Shown one piece after another: positions 17,806 to 27,842 of a stretch of 64,000 bases of DNA. The notes beneath the pieces are model-generated. The model did no database searches and was not told the origin of the DNA. It worked only from the letters and a program-made list of their open reading frames with translations. Position 1 is the stretch's first letter, and each line of letters starts with the position of its first letter. The stretch is from Burkholderiales bacterium (GTDB lineage: Bacteria > Pseudomonadota > Gammaproteobacteria > Burkholderiales > Ga0077523), in assembly GCA_019745565.1 (NCBI GenBank), contig JAIESW010000038.1:11931-75930 (forward strand). The letters are read 5' to 3'. The translations under genes and the position numbers were made by a program.

Positions 17806-18993
17806 CTAAATCAATCCGCGCTCAGACAGATTTCGCATGAGCGCGGAAACGCCGAAACTCCACGGGGCAATCCGGTGGCAGTGATCGACGCGATTGACCA
17901 GTGCTCCGAGGTGACGGCTGCGCACGGTCACCACATCGCCCACCTTGTGCGTGAAGCCGTGACCGCGTTCACCGCGATCCTGTGTCGGTGCGAACGCGGT
18001 ACCGAGGAACAACATCAGTCCATCGGGGTACTGGTGATTCGGACCGATCGCCTGCCCGGCGAGATCGAGCGGATCACGACTGATCTGCGTGAGCGAATAG
18101 CGGCCCTGAACTTTGAATCCGTCGCCGGCGCCCGCCACTTCCACTTCCACTTCGGTGCGACGCAAGGCATCGATGCCGAAGCGGTCATCCAGCAGCCGGA
18201 TGAACGGGCCGATCGCGCAGCTCGCGTTGTTGTCCTTCGCGCGCCCGAGCAGCAACGCGCTGCGGCCCTCCCAGTCGCGCAGGTTGACGTCGTTCCCGAG
18301 CGCCGCACCGACCACCTTGCCGCGGCTGTTCACGGCGAGCACGACTTCGGGTTCCGGGTTGTTCCACGACGAATTCTCGAGGATGCCGATGTCGGCACCG
18401 ACGCCCACCGCAGACATGGGTTGCGACTTGTTGAAGACCTCCGCATCGGGACCGATCCCCACTTCCAGATATTGCGACCAGAGCCCTTTCTCGACCAGCA
18501 ACGCCTTCACGCGCGTCGCCTCGGCCGAGCCGGGCTTCACCGACGAGAGCGATGCACCGATCTCGCGCCCGAGCGTGCCGCGGATCTCCTCGGCCTGCGC
18601 CGGGTCGCCCTTCGCGTGCTCCTCGATCACACGCTCCAGCATGCTCGCGACAAAGGTCACGCCGCACGCGCGCAGCGCCTGCAGATCGCACGGCGTGAGG
18701 AAATAGGGCCGATCGGGATTGCGCGCGGCTGCGCCACTGTTCGCGAGCATCGCCGTCACATCGCCGATCGGTTGCGCACGGCCGTTCGCGAGCGCGGCGC
18801 GTACAACACCGACGGGGTCGTCGGCATTGACGAGGTCCGCCGTCGTAGGCGCCACCAGACTCAGGTCGTAGGCCTGCTCCCCGCAGATCGCGACCGGACT
18901 GGGGCCCGGCAAGGGTCCCGGCACCCAGGCACGCCCGACGAGCGTGGCACGATCGGCATCGGCGGGAAGGATGTTGGCGCTGGTCAGGTCCAT
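17806..18993 (-). CDS. Fumarylacetoacetate hydrolase-family protein (XylX/2-keto-3-deoxypentonate dehydratase-like)
   Basis: ACGVTF..SMLERVIEE, WSQYLEVGIGPDAEVF.K, WNNPEPE, GNDVNLRD.EGRSALLL..AKDN, LGT.FAP. Confidence 0.88.
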   Translation of the reverse strand: MDLTSANILPADADRATLVGRAWVPGPLPGPSPVAICGEQAYDLSLVAPTTADLVNADDPVGVVRAALANGRAQPIGDVTAMLANSGAAARNPDRPYFLTPCDLQALRACGVTFVASMLERVIEEHAKGDPAQAEEIRGTLGREIGASLSSVKPGSAEATRVKALLVEKGLWSQYLEVGIGPDAEVFNKSQPMSAVGVGADIGILENSSWNNPEPEVVLAVNSRGKVVGAALGNDVNLRDWEGRSALLLGRAKDNNASCAIGPFIRLLDDRFGIDALRRTEVEVEVAGAGDGFKVQGRYSLTQISRDPLDLAGQAIGPNHQYPDGLMLFLGTAFAPTQDRGERGHGFTHKVGDVVTVRSRHLGALVNRVDHCHRIAPWSFGVSALMRNLSERGLI

Positions 18994-18998
18994 GGCGG

Positions 18999-19571
18999 TC
19001 AGGGTCCGGGCTTGTGGATGATGAAGGCGTAGTCCGCGCGGCATTCGGGCGTGCACAGGATGGCCCACAGATCGCTCGGCGAGGCGGCAGGAAACCAGAT
19101 CACCATCTCGTGGCCCAGATTGTTCTCGATGTCGAGCCGGTGAATTCGCGCCGGCACGGCCTGCACCGCATCCCGATAAGCCGGCACCGCAGCGGCGAGG
19201 CGCGCGTGCTGTTCGGCAGCCGCCGCGCCCTCCAGCACGTGCGCGTCGAACTCGACGAAGTACTTGGCCCCCGGTGCGTCCACCGACGCATCGGGCGCCC
19301 AGGCGGGGGCGTCCGGGCGGTCGAACCAGCTGTTCGGGAAGCGCCATTGCCAGCCGGGCGCGGCGATGAGCTTCGTGCCCAGGGCGCTGCAATCGATGAT
19401 GGCCCATTGGTCGATGGGTGCCGGCAGGCTGCGCAGGGCATTCTCCGGTGGGTGCCCGCAGTCCATCGCGCCGATCGGCGTCGGCGCATCGTTGCCGTGG
19501 GCATGCACCGCGGTACTCGTCGTGATCAGCAGTCCCAGGCAGCAGGCCGCTTGGCGGATCTTCGAACGCAT
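18999..19571 (-). CDS. Hypothetical secreted protein
   Basis: Signal peptide MRSKIRQAACCLGLLITTSTAVHA; GGAGGAGG SD; four Cys in mature part. Confidence 0.7.
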   Translation of the reverse strand: MRSKIRQAACCLGLLITTSTAVHAHGNDAPTPIGAMDCGHPPENALRSLPAPIDQWAIIDCSALGTKLIAAPGWQWRFPNSWFDRPDAPAWAPDASVDAPGAKYFVEFDAHVLEGAAAAEQHARLAAAVPAYRDAVQAVPARIHRLDIENNLGHEMVIWFPAASPSDLWAILCTPECRADYAFIIHKPGP

Positions 19572-19749
19572 CTCGTGAACCCCTCCTCCTTCGCGTGGAC
19601 CGCGATTATAGGGACCATGGCCGGGTATCGAGGGAACGACGCGCGTCTTGTTAAGCTTGGCGGCGTGACGCATCGATCGTTCCGGGCTGGTCGCCCGCAC
19701 TGCAGCAAGCCAGCCTTCGGCGGCATCGGCTCTACCAGGCGTCGGCCCG

Positions 19750-21159
19750 ATGTTTGACCAGCCGACCGTCTTTCTGGATGTCGAAACCACCGGCGCCACC
19801 GCGAACCGCGACCGGATCACGGAGATCGGCCTGGTCGAGGTGAACGGCGGCACCCTCGTGGAGGAGTGGTCCACGCTGGTGAATCCCGGCCTGCGGATCC
19901 CGCCCGAGATCGAGGCGCTCACGGGCATCACCAACGCCATGGTGGCGGAGGCTCCGAGCTTCGAATCGCTCAGCACCGAGCTGCATCGACGCCTCGAGGG
20001 CAAGCTGCTGGTGGCGCACAACGCCCGCTTCGACTACGGGTTTCTGCGCAACGAGTTCGCGCGTGCCGGTCTCCGATACCTGTCGAAGGTCCTGTGCACG
20101 GTAAAGCTGTCGCGCCGCCTGTACCCGCAGGAGCGGCGCCACAATCTCGACAGTCTCATCGAGCGCCATGGCCTCGTCTGCAACCAGCGTCATCGCGCGC
20201 TGGCGGACGCACGCGTGCTGTGGGATTTCGCGCAACGCATCCGGCAGGAGCTGGGGGAGGAGACGGTGCAGACCGCCGTGACCCACGTGCTGAAGACACC
20301 CACACTGCCCCCGCGTCTCGACGCGGCGCAGCTCGATGCGCTGCCGGAGAGCGTCGGGGTGTACGTCTTCTACGGCGAAGGGGACACCCCGCTCTACGTG
20401 GGCAAGAGCCTCAACATCCGGTCGCGCGTGCTGGCGCATTTCTCCGGCGACCACCGCGTCGCGAAGGACATGCGCATCGCCCAGGAGATCACCCGGATCG
20501 AGTGGCGCGAGACGGCCGGCGAACTGGGCGCGCTCCTGCAGGAAGCCCGCTGGGTCAAACGCCTGACACCGGTCCACAATCACAAACTGCGTCCCGCCGA
20601 GGAACTGTGGGCATTGTGGTGGGATGTAATGAAGACCGTCCCACCGAAAGCGGTCAGTGCATCCGCGATCGAGTTCGCCGTTGCCGAGAACCTCTACGGC
20701 CCGTTCCGTTCGCGCGCACGAGCCAACCGCACGCTGCGCGAGATCGCCGATGCGAACGGACTATGCGCCCGCGCCGTCGGCCTGGAGCACGGCGGCACCG
20801 GACCATGCTTCTCGTATCAGGTCGGCAAGTGCCGCGGCGCCTGCTGCGGGCGCGAAACCCTCGTCTCCCACAATCTGCGCCTGGCACAGGCGCTGCACCG
20901 GCTGCGGCTCGAGGCTTGGCCGTACCACGGCCCGATCGGCGTACGCGAGGCCGATGCCGTGAGCGGCCGCACCGAAATGCATCTGATCGATCGCTGGTGC
21001 TACCTCGATACGGTCAGCAGCGAAAGCGATCTCCACGATGCGCTGGAGGCGCGCACCGAACGCGCCTTCGACCTCGATACCTACCAGATCCTGTCGAAGT
21101 GGCTGAAGCGTCACCCCGCGATGGCGGTCATCGATCTCGCGCCGGCCGTCAGGTCGTGA
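19750..21159 (+). CDS. DEDDh 3'-5' exonuclease (DnaQ-like) fused to GIY-YIG (UvrC/Cho-like) endonuclease
   Basis: FLDVETTG, VAHNARFD, HRALADA; GVYVF...LYVGKS.NIRSRV..H; Cys cluster C...C.GACCG. Confidence 0.9.
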   Translation: MFDQPTVFLDVETTGATANRDRITEIGLVEVNGGTLVEEWSTLVNPGLRIPPEIEALTGITNAMVAEAPSFESLSTELHRRLEGKLLVAHNARFDYGFLRNEFARAGLRYLSKVLCTVKLSRRLYPQERRHNLDSLIERHGLVCNQRHRALADARVLWDFAQRIRQELGEETVQTAVTHVLKTPTLPPRLDAAQLDALPESVGVYVFYGEGDTPLYVGKSLNIRSRVLAHFSGDHRVAKDMRIAQEITRIEWRETAGELGALLQEARWVKRLTPVHNHKLRPAEELWALWWDVMKTVPPKAVSASAIEFAVAENLYGPFRSRARANRTLREIADANGLCARAVGLEHGGTGPCFSYQVGKCRGACCGRETLVSHNLRLAQALHRLRLEAWPYHGPIGVREADAVSGRTEMHLIDRWCYLDTVSSESDLHDALEARTERAFDLDTYQILSKWLKRHPAMAVIDLAPAVRS

Positions 21160-21928
21160 GGAATCGCCCGGAGAAGTAGTCGAAGACTTCCGGCTGCTCG
21201 AGATTGGACAGATGGGACGCCGAGGGAATCACAGCGAGTTGCGCCCCCGGAATCGCGAGCTGGATGGCCCGTGCCATCTCCACCGGCGTGCCGACGTCCT
21301 GGTCGCCCGCGATCACCAGCGTGGGGCATTGCACGGCGCCGAGACGATCGTTGAGATCGATCTTCGGGATGGCGTGACAGCAGCCGACATAGCCCGCCAC
21401 CGGTGTCTCGCGGATCATCGTGCCCACCCGGCTCGCGACCTCGGGCTTCCGCGCGAGGAACGGCGCGGTGAACCAGCGCGTCAGGGTGCCATCGACCACG
21501 GCCTCCATGCCCTTCGCGGTGACGGCATCGATGCGGCCCTTCCAGATGGGCGCGGCTTCGGGGCCCACACGGCTGGTCGTGTTGCACAGCACGAGCCGAT
21601 CGAAGCGCCCGGGATACTTGAGTGCGTGGGTCATGCCGATCATGCCGCCCATGGACAGACCCATGTAGCTGCATTTCGCGACCCCGAGCGAATCGAGCAG
21701 CGCTTGCAGATCATCGGCCAGCTGATCGAGCGTGTAGGCTCCCGCCGGTGCGTCGGTGCCGCCGTGGCCGCGCGTGTCGAACCGCAGCACCTTGAAGCGT
21801 CCGCGCAGAGCGGACACCTGGGCATCCCACATGGCGAGATTGCAGGCGAGCGAATGGCTCATCACGAGCCACGGGCCCTCCCCTTCGATTTCGTAGCGAA
21901 TCCGGATACCGTTGCCCTGCGCGTGCAT
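21149..21928 (-). CDS. pcaD: 3-oxoadipate enol-lactonase-like alpha/beta hydrolase
   Basis: SHSLAC...MWD.Q, FDTRGHG, GLSMGG nucleophile elbow, RWFT, SHLSNLEQP. Confidence 0.8.
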   Translation of the reverse strand: MHAQGNGIRIRYEIEGEGPWLVMSHSLACNLAMWDAQVSALRGRFKVLRFDTRGHGGTDAPAGAYTLDQLADDLQALLDSLGVAKCSYMGLSMGGMIGMTHALKYPGRFDRLVLCNTTSRVGPEAAPIWKGRIDAVTAKGMEAVVDGTLTRWFTAPFLARKPEVASRVGTMIRETPVAGYVGCCHAIPKIDLNDRLGAVQCPTLVIAGDQDVGTPVEMARAIQLAIPGAQLAVIPSASHLSNLEQPEVFDYFSGRFLTT

Positions 21929-22020
21929 GCCCTTCGCCTCCCTCCCCCTGCCCGCACCGGGTGGGGCGGACATTTCCATCGAGTATAACCAGCGGCGAAT
22001 CACCTTCGTCCTCCCCGGCC

Positions 22021-22980
22021 ATGACCGACACCGCCCGCCCCCTGCACGTGATCTTCGGTACCGGTCCCCTGGGGCTTGCCCTCATGCGGGCACTGCGCTC
22101 GGAAGACCGGCGCGTGCGGATGATCAACCGGTCCGCGCGGGTGCGCTTCGACAAGGACCTTGAGACCGAAGTGGGTGGCGGCGACGCCGCCGACCCGGGC
22201 TTCGCCCGCGAAGTCTGCGAAGGCGCGGCCGTGGTCTATCACTGCGTCGGCCTGCCCTATCCGCGCTGGCGCGAGTTTCCCGGCATCGCCCGCGGCATCG
22301 TCGAAGGCGCAGCCGCTGCCGGGGCGACGCTCGTGTACGGCGACAACCTTTACGCCTATGGCCAGGTGACCGGACCTTTGCGGGAGGGTCTGCCCGAGAC
22401 CGCCTCGACGGTGAAGGGGCGCATCCGCGCCGAAGTCGCCGCGCTGCTGCTGGATGCCCATCGCGCAGGCAACGTGCCCGTGGCCATCGGTCGAGGCTCC
22501 GATTTCTTCGGGCCGCACGCGACGGACGCGACGATGCTGGGCTCGCGCGTGTTCGCCCGCATCCTCGCCGGTAGACCTGCCCAGGCGATCGGCGACCCGG
22601 ACCGGCAGCACAGCTACACCTATCTCGACGATTTCGGGCGTGCACTCGTGGTGCTTGGCGATCGCCCCGAAGCCGCAGGGCAGATCTGGCACGTGCCCAA
22701 CGCACCGCCGCTGTCCACGCGCGCCATCGTCACGACCATCGGCGAGTTGGCCGGCACTGCGGCCCGGGTATCGGCCGCCCCGGGCTGGATGGTCGGCCTA
22801 GCGGGCCTCTTCAGTCCGCAACTGCGCGAACTGAAGGAAATGCTCTATGAGTTCGACCGCGATTTCGTGGTGGATTCGTCCCGGTTCGAAGGTGCCTTCG
22901 GCATTCGGGCGACCCCGCTGCGCGACTCGCTGGCCCGTACGCTTGCCTGGTTTCGCAGCACGGCCTCGAAGGCGACTTGA
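22021..22980 (+). CDS. NAD-dependent epimerase/dehydratase-family (atypical SDR) protein
   Basis: VIFGTGPLG, DNLYAYG, KGRIR, DFFGP, HSYTYLDD. Confidence 0.85.
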   Translation: MTDTARPLHVIFGTGPLGLALMRALRSEDRRVRMINRSARVRFDKDLETEVGGGDAADPGFAREVCEGAAVVYHCVGLPYPRWREFPGIARGIVEGAAAAGATLVYGDNLYAYGQVTGPLREGLPETASTVKGRIRAEVAALLLDAHRAGNVPVAIGRGSDFFGPHATDATMLGSRVFARILAGRPAQAIGDPDRQHSYTYLDDFGRALVVLGDRPEAAGQIWHVPNAPPLSTRAIVTTIGELAGTAARVSAAPGWMVGLAGLFSPQLRELKEMLYEFDRDFVVDSSRFEGAFGIRATPLRDSLARTLAWFRSTASKAT

Positions 22981-23070
22981 CCCGGTACGGCGCGGGCTCC
23001 ATGCTCGCGGGCACACAACAAGACGATGCCGCACGCGGGACCGCTGCGGCCTTCGAAGGGGAGGAGCACC

Positions 23071-24069
23071 ATGAGACTGACCCAGTTCGTCGGACGCGAC
23101 GGTGTCCGGCGCGTCGGCGTGGCCGACGACGGCCCGACGCTGCAGGTTCTGGCCGGCACCAAGCGCGTCTACGACCTCGCGCTGGAAGCGGCGCGTACCG
23201 GCCGGAAGCTCGAAGCGCTCGCAACGAGCCGCATCGGCTCCGAACGCGAGAACTACGACGATGTGATCCGCGAGCGCCGCCTCCTGCTGCCGCTCGATCA
23301 TCCCGATCCGTACCGCTGCCTCGTCACCGGCACCGGGCTTTCCCACCTCGGCAGCGCGGCGGCACGCGATTCGATGCACGCCAAACTGCAGGCGTCGGAG
23401 GAGTCGCTGACCGATTCGATGAAGATGTTCAAGTGGGGCATGGAAGGCGGCAAGCCGAAGACGGGGACCATCGGCACACCGCCGGAATGGTTCTACAAGG
23501 GCGATGGTCGCTGGGTCGTGGCGCCGGAGCAGGCGCTCGAGCTGCCGGCCTACGCACAGGACGGCGGCGAGGAGGTGGAGACCGTCGGGCTCTACGTGAT
23601 CGGCGACGACGGCACGCCGCTGCGCGTGGGTTTTGCGCTCGGCAACGAGTACTCCGATCATGTGACCGAACGCCAGAACTACCTGTACCTCGCCCATTCC
23701 AAGCTGCGCCAGAGCTGCTTCGGCCCCGAACTGCTGCTGGGCGACATGCCGCGCAACGTGCGCGGACACGCGCGCCTGCTGCGCGGCAACGAGGTCGTGT
23801 GGGAGTCCGACTGGCTTTCGGGCGAGGACAACATGTGCCACGCCATCGCGAACCTCGAGCATCACCACTTCAAGTACCCGGAGTTCCGCGTGCCCGGCGA
23901 CGTGCACGTGCACTACTTCGGCGCCGCCACCGGCAGCTTCACCCAGAAGATCGAGACGCGCCTGGGCGACGTGTTCGAGATCGCGGCGGAAGGCTTCGGC
24001 CGGCCGCTGCGCAACACGCTCGGCGCCGCGCGCGAGACCAATCGCCTGATCAACGTTCGCACCCTGTAA
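23071..24069 (+). CDS. AraD1/GguC-type FAH-family protein
   Basis: LDHPDP, GTGLSHLGSA..RD.MH, TDSMKMF..G.EGGKP, PEWFYKG, DGGEE.E, GNEYSDH..ERQNYLYLAHSKLR, NMCH..ANLEHHHFKY. Confidence 0.9.
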   Translation: MRLTQFVGRDGVRRVGVADDGPTLQVLAGTKRVYDLALEAARTGRKLEALATSRIGSERENYDDVIRERRLLLPLDHPDPYRCLVTGTGLSHLGSAAARDSMHAKLQASEESLTDSMKMFKWGMEGGKPKTGTIGTPPEWFYKGDGRWVVAPEQALELPAYAQDGGEEVETVGLYVIGDDGTPLRVGFALGNEYSDHVTERQNYLYLAHSKLRQSCFGPELLLGDMPRNVRGHARLLRGNEVVWESDWLSGEDNMCHAIANLEHHHFKYPEFRVPGDVHVHYFGAATGSFTQKIETRLGDVFEIAAEGFGRPLRNTLGAARETNRLINVRTL

Positions 24070-24083
24070 GGAGCAACCGAATC

Positions 24084-24410
24084 GTGATTTACGAACTGCG
24101 AATCTACCACTGCATGCCGGGGCGTCTGCCCGATCTCAACAAGCGCTTCGAGACCATCACGCTGAAGATCTGGGAGCGGCACGGCATTCGTCAGGCCGGC
24201 TTCTGGACCGTGCTGGTGGGCGACTCCAACCAGGATCTCTACTACCTGCTCGAATGGAAGGACATGGCGGAGCGCGAGCGCGTGTGGAACGGCTTCATGG
24301 CCGACCCCGAGTGGCAGGAGAAGCGTGCCGAGACCGAACGCAACGGCCCGCTCGTGGCGAAGATCACCAACCTGTTCCTCACCCCCACCCAGTACTCGCG
24401 CATCAAGTAG
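24084..24410 (+). CDS. NIPSNAP-family protein
   Basis: GTG start after AAGGAG; YELRIY..MPG.L..L..RF, GFW, W..F..DPEW, L.PT.YS. Confidence 0.9.
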   Translation: MIYELRIYHCMPGRLPDLNKRFETITLKIWERHGIRQAGFWTVLVGDSNQDLYYLLEWKDMAERERVWNGFMADPEWQEKRAETERNGPLVAKITNLFLTPTQYSRIK

Positions 24411-25862
24411 ATGGATCCCGCCTTCCTGCCCGCCCACCGCCTGGCCGCGCAGCTGCGCTCGCGCAAGCTGGGCAGCCTCGAACTGCTCGATCACTTCCTC
24501 GATCGGATCGCCAAGCACAACCAGACGCTCAATGCGGTCTGCGTGCTCGATGCCGAACGCGCCCGCAAGCGTGCGAAGGCACTGGACCGCGCTGCCGCCA
24601 AGGGCGACCGGCGCGGTCCGCTGCACGGTCTGCCCATGACGGTGAAGGAATCCTTCGACATCGCCGGCCTGCCGACCACGTGGGGCCGTGCGGACCTGAA
24701 GGGCAACGTCGCGACGTCGAACGCACTGGCCGTCGACCGGCTCGAGAACGCGGGCGCGGTCATATTCGGCAAGACCAACGTGCCGGCCTTCCTCGCGGAT
24801 TGGCAGACGTTCAACCCGGTCTACGGGACGACGAACAATCCGTGGGATATCACCCGGGGGCCCGGCGGCTCCTCCGGAGGTTCGGCAGCGGCCCTGGCGG
24901 CAGGGCTCACAGGCCTCGAGATCGGCAGCGACATCGGCGCGTCGATTCGCAATCCGGCGCACTACTGCGGGCTCTTCGGCCACAAGCCGACGTTCGGTCT
25001 GTGCTCGTCCGACGGACAGGTACTGTCGCCGTTCGTCACGCACGACGACATCGCCGTGATCGGCCCGCTCGCGCGCAGCGCACGCGATCTGGAGATCGCG
25101 CTCGGCATCATCGCCGGCCCCGACGCGATCGACGGCACTGCCTGGAAGGTCAAGCTGCCGCCGGCAACGAAGAAGACCTGGCGGCAGTGGCGCGTGGCCG
25201 TCCTCTCCGATGCCGACTCGGCACCGGTGGACGGCGCAGTGAAGGCGCGCGTGGAGGCCGTCGCCGATTTCCTCGCGCGCAAGGGTGCGAAGGTGAACCG
25301 TACGGCCCGACCGGATTTCGATCTCGACGAAGCGCACGAGGTGTACATCAAGTTGCTGCGTGCTGCCACTTCGCGCGCGCAGACCGATGCGGTGTTCGCC
25401 CGCAATCTGGAAGCGGCGCGGACGCTCCCGAAGGACGCCCGCGACTATGCGGCCTGGATGGCGCGCGCCAACACCATGCATCACCGCGAGTGGCTGCTGC
25501 TCAACGATCGGCGGCACCAGATGCGTCTGCGATGGGCCGAGTTCTTCCGCGAGTGGGACGTGCTGCTGTGCCCTGCCGCGGCGACGACGGCATTCCCGCA
25601 CAACCAGAAGGGCGAGCGCTGGGAGCGCATGGTCACGGTGAACGGCACACCGCAGCCGTCGACCACACAGATGTTCTGGGCCGGCTATTCGTGCATGTCG
25701 TACCTGCCCTCGACCGTCGCGACCGCCGGTCAGGCGCCTGACGGACTTCCCGTGGGCGTACAGATCATCGGGCCGCAGTACGGCGACCTCACCTGCATCG
25801 CGCTCGCGCGACTACTGGAGGATGAGTTCGCCGGGTTCGTTGCGCCGCCCGGTTACAACTGA
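24411..25862 (+). CDS. Amidase signature-family protein
   Basis: GPLHGLPMTVKE, GKTNVP, PGGSSGGSAAA, GSDIGASIRNPA, GLPVGVQ. Confidence 0.92.
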   Translation: MDPAFLPAHRLAAQLRSRKLGSLELLDHFLDRIAKHNQTLNAVCVLDAERARKRAKALDRAAAKGDRRGPLHGLPMTVKESFDIAGLPTTWGRADLKGNVATSNALAVDRLENAGAVIFGKTNVPAFLADWQTFNPVYGTTNNPWDITRGPGGSSGGSAAALAAGLTGLEIGSDIGASIRNPAHYCGLFGHKPTFGLCSSDGQVLSPFVTHDDIAVIGPLARSARDLEIALGIIAGPDAIDGTAWKVKLPPATKKTWRQWRVAVLSDADSAPVDGAVKARVEAVADFLARKGAKVNRTARPDFDLDEAHEVYIKLLRAATSRAQTDAVFARNLEAARTLPKDARDYAAWMARANTMHHREWLLLNDRRHQMRLRWAEFFREWDVLLCPAAATTAFPHNQKGERWERMVTVNGTPQPSTTQMFWAGYSCMSYLPSTVATAGQAPDGLPVGVQIIGPQYGDLTCIALARLLEDEFAGFVAPPGYN

Positions 25863-25930
25863 GGTGATGCCGCCCGATGGGCCTGCGACCCGTCCCCCGG
25901 GGGGCGGCGCGGCCAGGGCTTGAGGCGCAG

Positions 25931-26443
25931 CTACTTCAGGAGCTGCGGAATCCAGCGCAGGCCGAACATGCGCGACTGACGATGCTCGCGTGCTTCGTTC
26001 GAGCGGTCGGGCGCCGCGTACAGCACGATGCCCGTGTAGAGCTTGGCGAGATCCTCGAGGTTGCCGCGCAGCATCGCGGTTTCGCCGGGCACGAAGTAGC
26101 GCACTTCGCGTTCGTCGATGTGAACGACCAGCGCCGGGCGATGGAAGCGTCCATCGTCGGTATCCGGGTTCTGCAGCAGCGCAAGGCAAGGCAAGGATTC
26201 GGTCGGAATGCGCGACAGCCGCACGCAGCGATAGCTGCAGCGCAGGCCTAACTTCTCCGCCGCGGTTTCGAGCGACGACCAAGAGTACGGCTCGGCCGTT
26301 GCGTCGAGCAGCGCTTCCGCATCGCACGAGGTGCGATAGCTGCGACACAGCGCCTGCAGACACCAGAGCAGTTGACCGCGGGTGAGCGAGGTCACGGACT
26401 GCGTGTCGGTGGCGCGACGGCGGCGCGTGAGCAGCGGGTGCAT
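25931..26443 (-). CDS. Stand-alone C39-peptidase-like domain resembling the N-terminus of HlyB-type T1SS ABC transporters
   Basis: LLWCLQALC..Y, AAEKLGL, LPCLAL, YTG.VL and terminal FGLRWIPQLLK (HlyB-type FxxxWF.P.L.K linker) followed by stop; no TM or ATPase domain follows. Confidence 0.6.
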   Translation of the reverse strand: MHPLLTRRRRATDTQSVTSLTRGQLLWCLQALCRSYRTSCDAEALLDATAEPYSWSSLETAAEKLGLRCSYRCVRLSRIPTESLPCLALLQNPDTDDGRFHRPALVVHIDEREVRYFVPGETAMLRGNLEDLAKLYTGIVLYAAPDRSNEAREHRQSRMFGLRWIPQLLK

Positions 26444-26458
26444 GGCACCCACTCTCGA

Positions 26459-26474
26459 AGCAACCCATATGCCA
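26459..26474 (-). promoter_or_regulatory. Sigma54 (-24/-12) promoter upstream of C39-like gene
   Basis: Minus strand TGGCATATGGGTTGCT vs consensus TGGCAC-N5-TTGCW. Confidence 0.7.
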
Positions 26475-26552
26475 CGAAAAATCGAGTCCTCGCGGGCAAA
26501 CTGCCACGCGATGGAAATGCCAAATCGCACGGGGACTTGGCGCCCGTTCCTG

Positions 26553-27842
26553 CTACAAAGTCTCCTTGATCAGGCGACCGTTCGCCGCCTGAGTGGGTCG
26601 CGCGCTCTTGTCATGGAGCTTCCCGAACACGCCGATCTGTTCGCGCGACACCTGCACCGGCGTCTTCAGCACGATCCACTGGACCCCTTCGGTGCACGGG
26701 GGCGTGGTGAGCGATCCGGTGTACGTGTAGTAGCCGCGCACCTTGGGCAGCAGCTGCGCGGCATCGATCTTCACCGACGGCAACTCGTCCTCGCGCAACT
26801 GTTCGATGGGCAGGTTGTTCCACAGCGTCTGGATGAACGGGTTGTCGGCCCCGGCGATGAACAGCACCGCGACCACTGCGAGGCGGTCATCCTTGTCCTT
26901 GTGCACCAGGTGCGCCACCATCTCGTAGGTGCGTCCGTTGATGCGTTCCTCCGCCGGCTTGTGGAAGTGGAACTGCTTCAACTCGAAAGTCTTCCCGCTC
27001 ACGGTGATGGAACTGCCGGACGCGTAGTTCACCTGCACCGTGTGGCCGTTGTCGATGATCTTGAGCGGCGAGCTCTTGTAGTCGAACTTCACGTTGTCGA
27101 GCGTCAGCTTGACCCCGCCGCGGATGTCGATCGGCGACTGGCGCTGCCCGGACGCGCACTGCTTGAACTCGGGCGAGAGCTTGTGCCATTGGCCGGCACC
27201 GTCCTTCACACCGGTATAGCTCCAGTGCACGTGCTTCGGTTCGGGCTTCTCCGCCTTGGCTTCCTCCGCTGTCTTGGCCGCGACCTTTGCGGTCGACGCT
27301 GCGGCCGGTTTGGCGGGTTCCACGACCGCTACGGGTTTCGACTTGCGTTTGCGCTTGGGCGCAGCCTTGGCCTGGGAGGGCTCCGGGAGCGCCACGATGA
27401 CCTGGCCCGGCACGGCTGCTGGGGAGACTTGCCCCGCGACGGCCACCGGGGCCGCAGGCTTGCGGCACGCGTACTCGAGCATGCGCTCGCGCGGCGTATC
27501 GGGCACGGCGGGTCGCGGCAACTCCACGCCGTCCAGATTCTTGCGCATGAGTTCGGTGCCGTCCGCCGCGAAGAAGATGCGGGCGAGCGGCATGGACGTC
27601 CTGCGTGCGCACTGGTAGCTCATCAGCGTCTTGACACTGCGCCACTGGACGTCGCCGCTGTCATGGGTCTGGTCCTCGGTGTACGTGACCCGATCCCACG
27701 CGCGGGCATTGACGCCGTCGCCGACCAAGCTCGAGGTGTCCAGCTCGACCCGCATCCAGGGGGGCGAAGCAATGTCCATCCAGTCCGATCCGAAGACCGG
27801 AACGGATGAGAGCGATACCAGCAGGACGGCCAGAGGACGCAT
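26553..27842 (-). CDS. Alpha-class carbonic anhydrase with N-terminal surface-adhesin-E-like domain and P/A/K-rich linker
   Basis: HWSY, QSPIDI, NGHTVQV, QFHFH, E.HLVH, YTGSLTTPPCTEGVQW; signal peptide; N-domain with YQC...YAC. Confidence 0.9.
   Translation of the reverse strand: MRPLAVLLVSLSSVPVFGSDWMDIASPPWMRVELDTSSLVGDGVNARAWDRVTYTEDQTHDSGDVQWRSVKTLMSYQCARRTSMPLARIFFAADGTELMRKNLDGVELPRPAVPDTPRERMLEYACRKPAAPVAVAGQVSPAAVPGQVIVALPEPSQAKAAPKRKRKSKPVAVVEPAKPAAASTAKVAAKTAEEAKAEKPEPKHVHWSYTGVKDGAGQWHKLSPEFKQCASGQRQSPIDIRGGVKLTLDNVKFDYKSSPLKIIDNGHTVQVNYASGSSITVSGKTFELKQFHFHKPAEERINGRTYEMVAHLVHKDKDDRLAVVAVLFIAGADNPFIQTLWNNLPIEQLREDELPSVKIDAAQLLPKVRGYYTYTGSLTTPPCTEGVQWIVLKTPVQVSREQIGVFGKLHDKSARPTQAANGRLIKETL

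Noticed and set aside
19750-21159. Novel nuclease fusion
   Set aside because: DnaQ-like exonuclease plus GIY-YIG (Cho/UvrC-like) fusions are a known widespread family; no LexA box seen upstream
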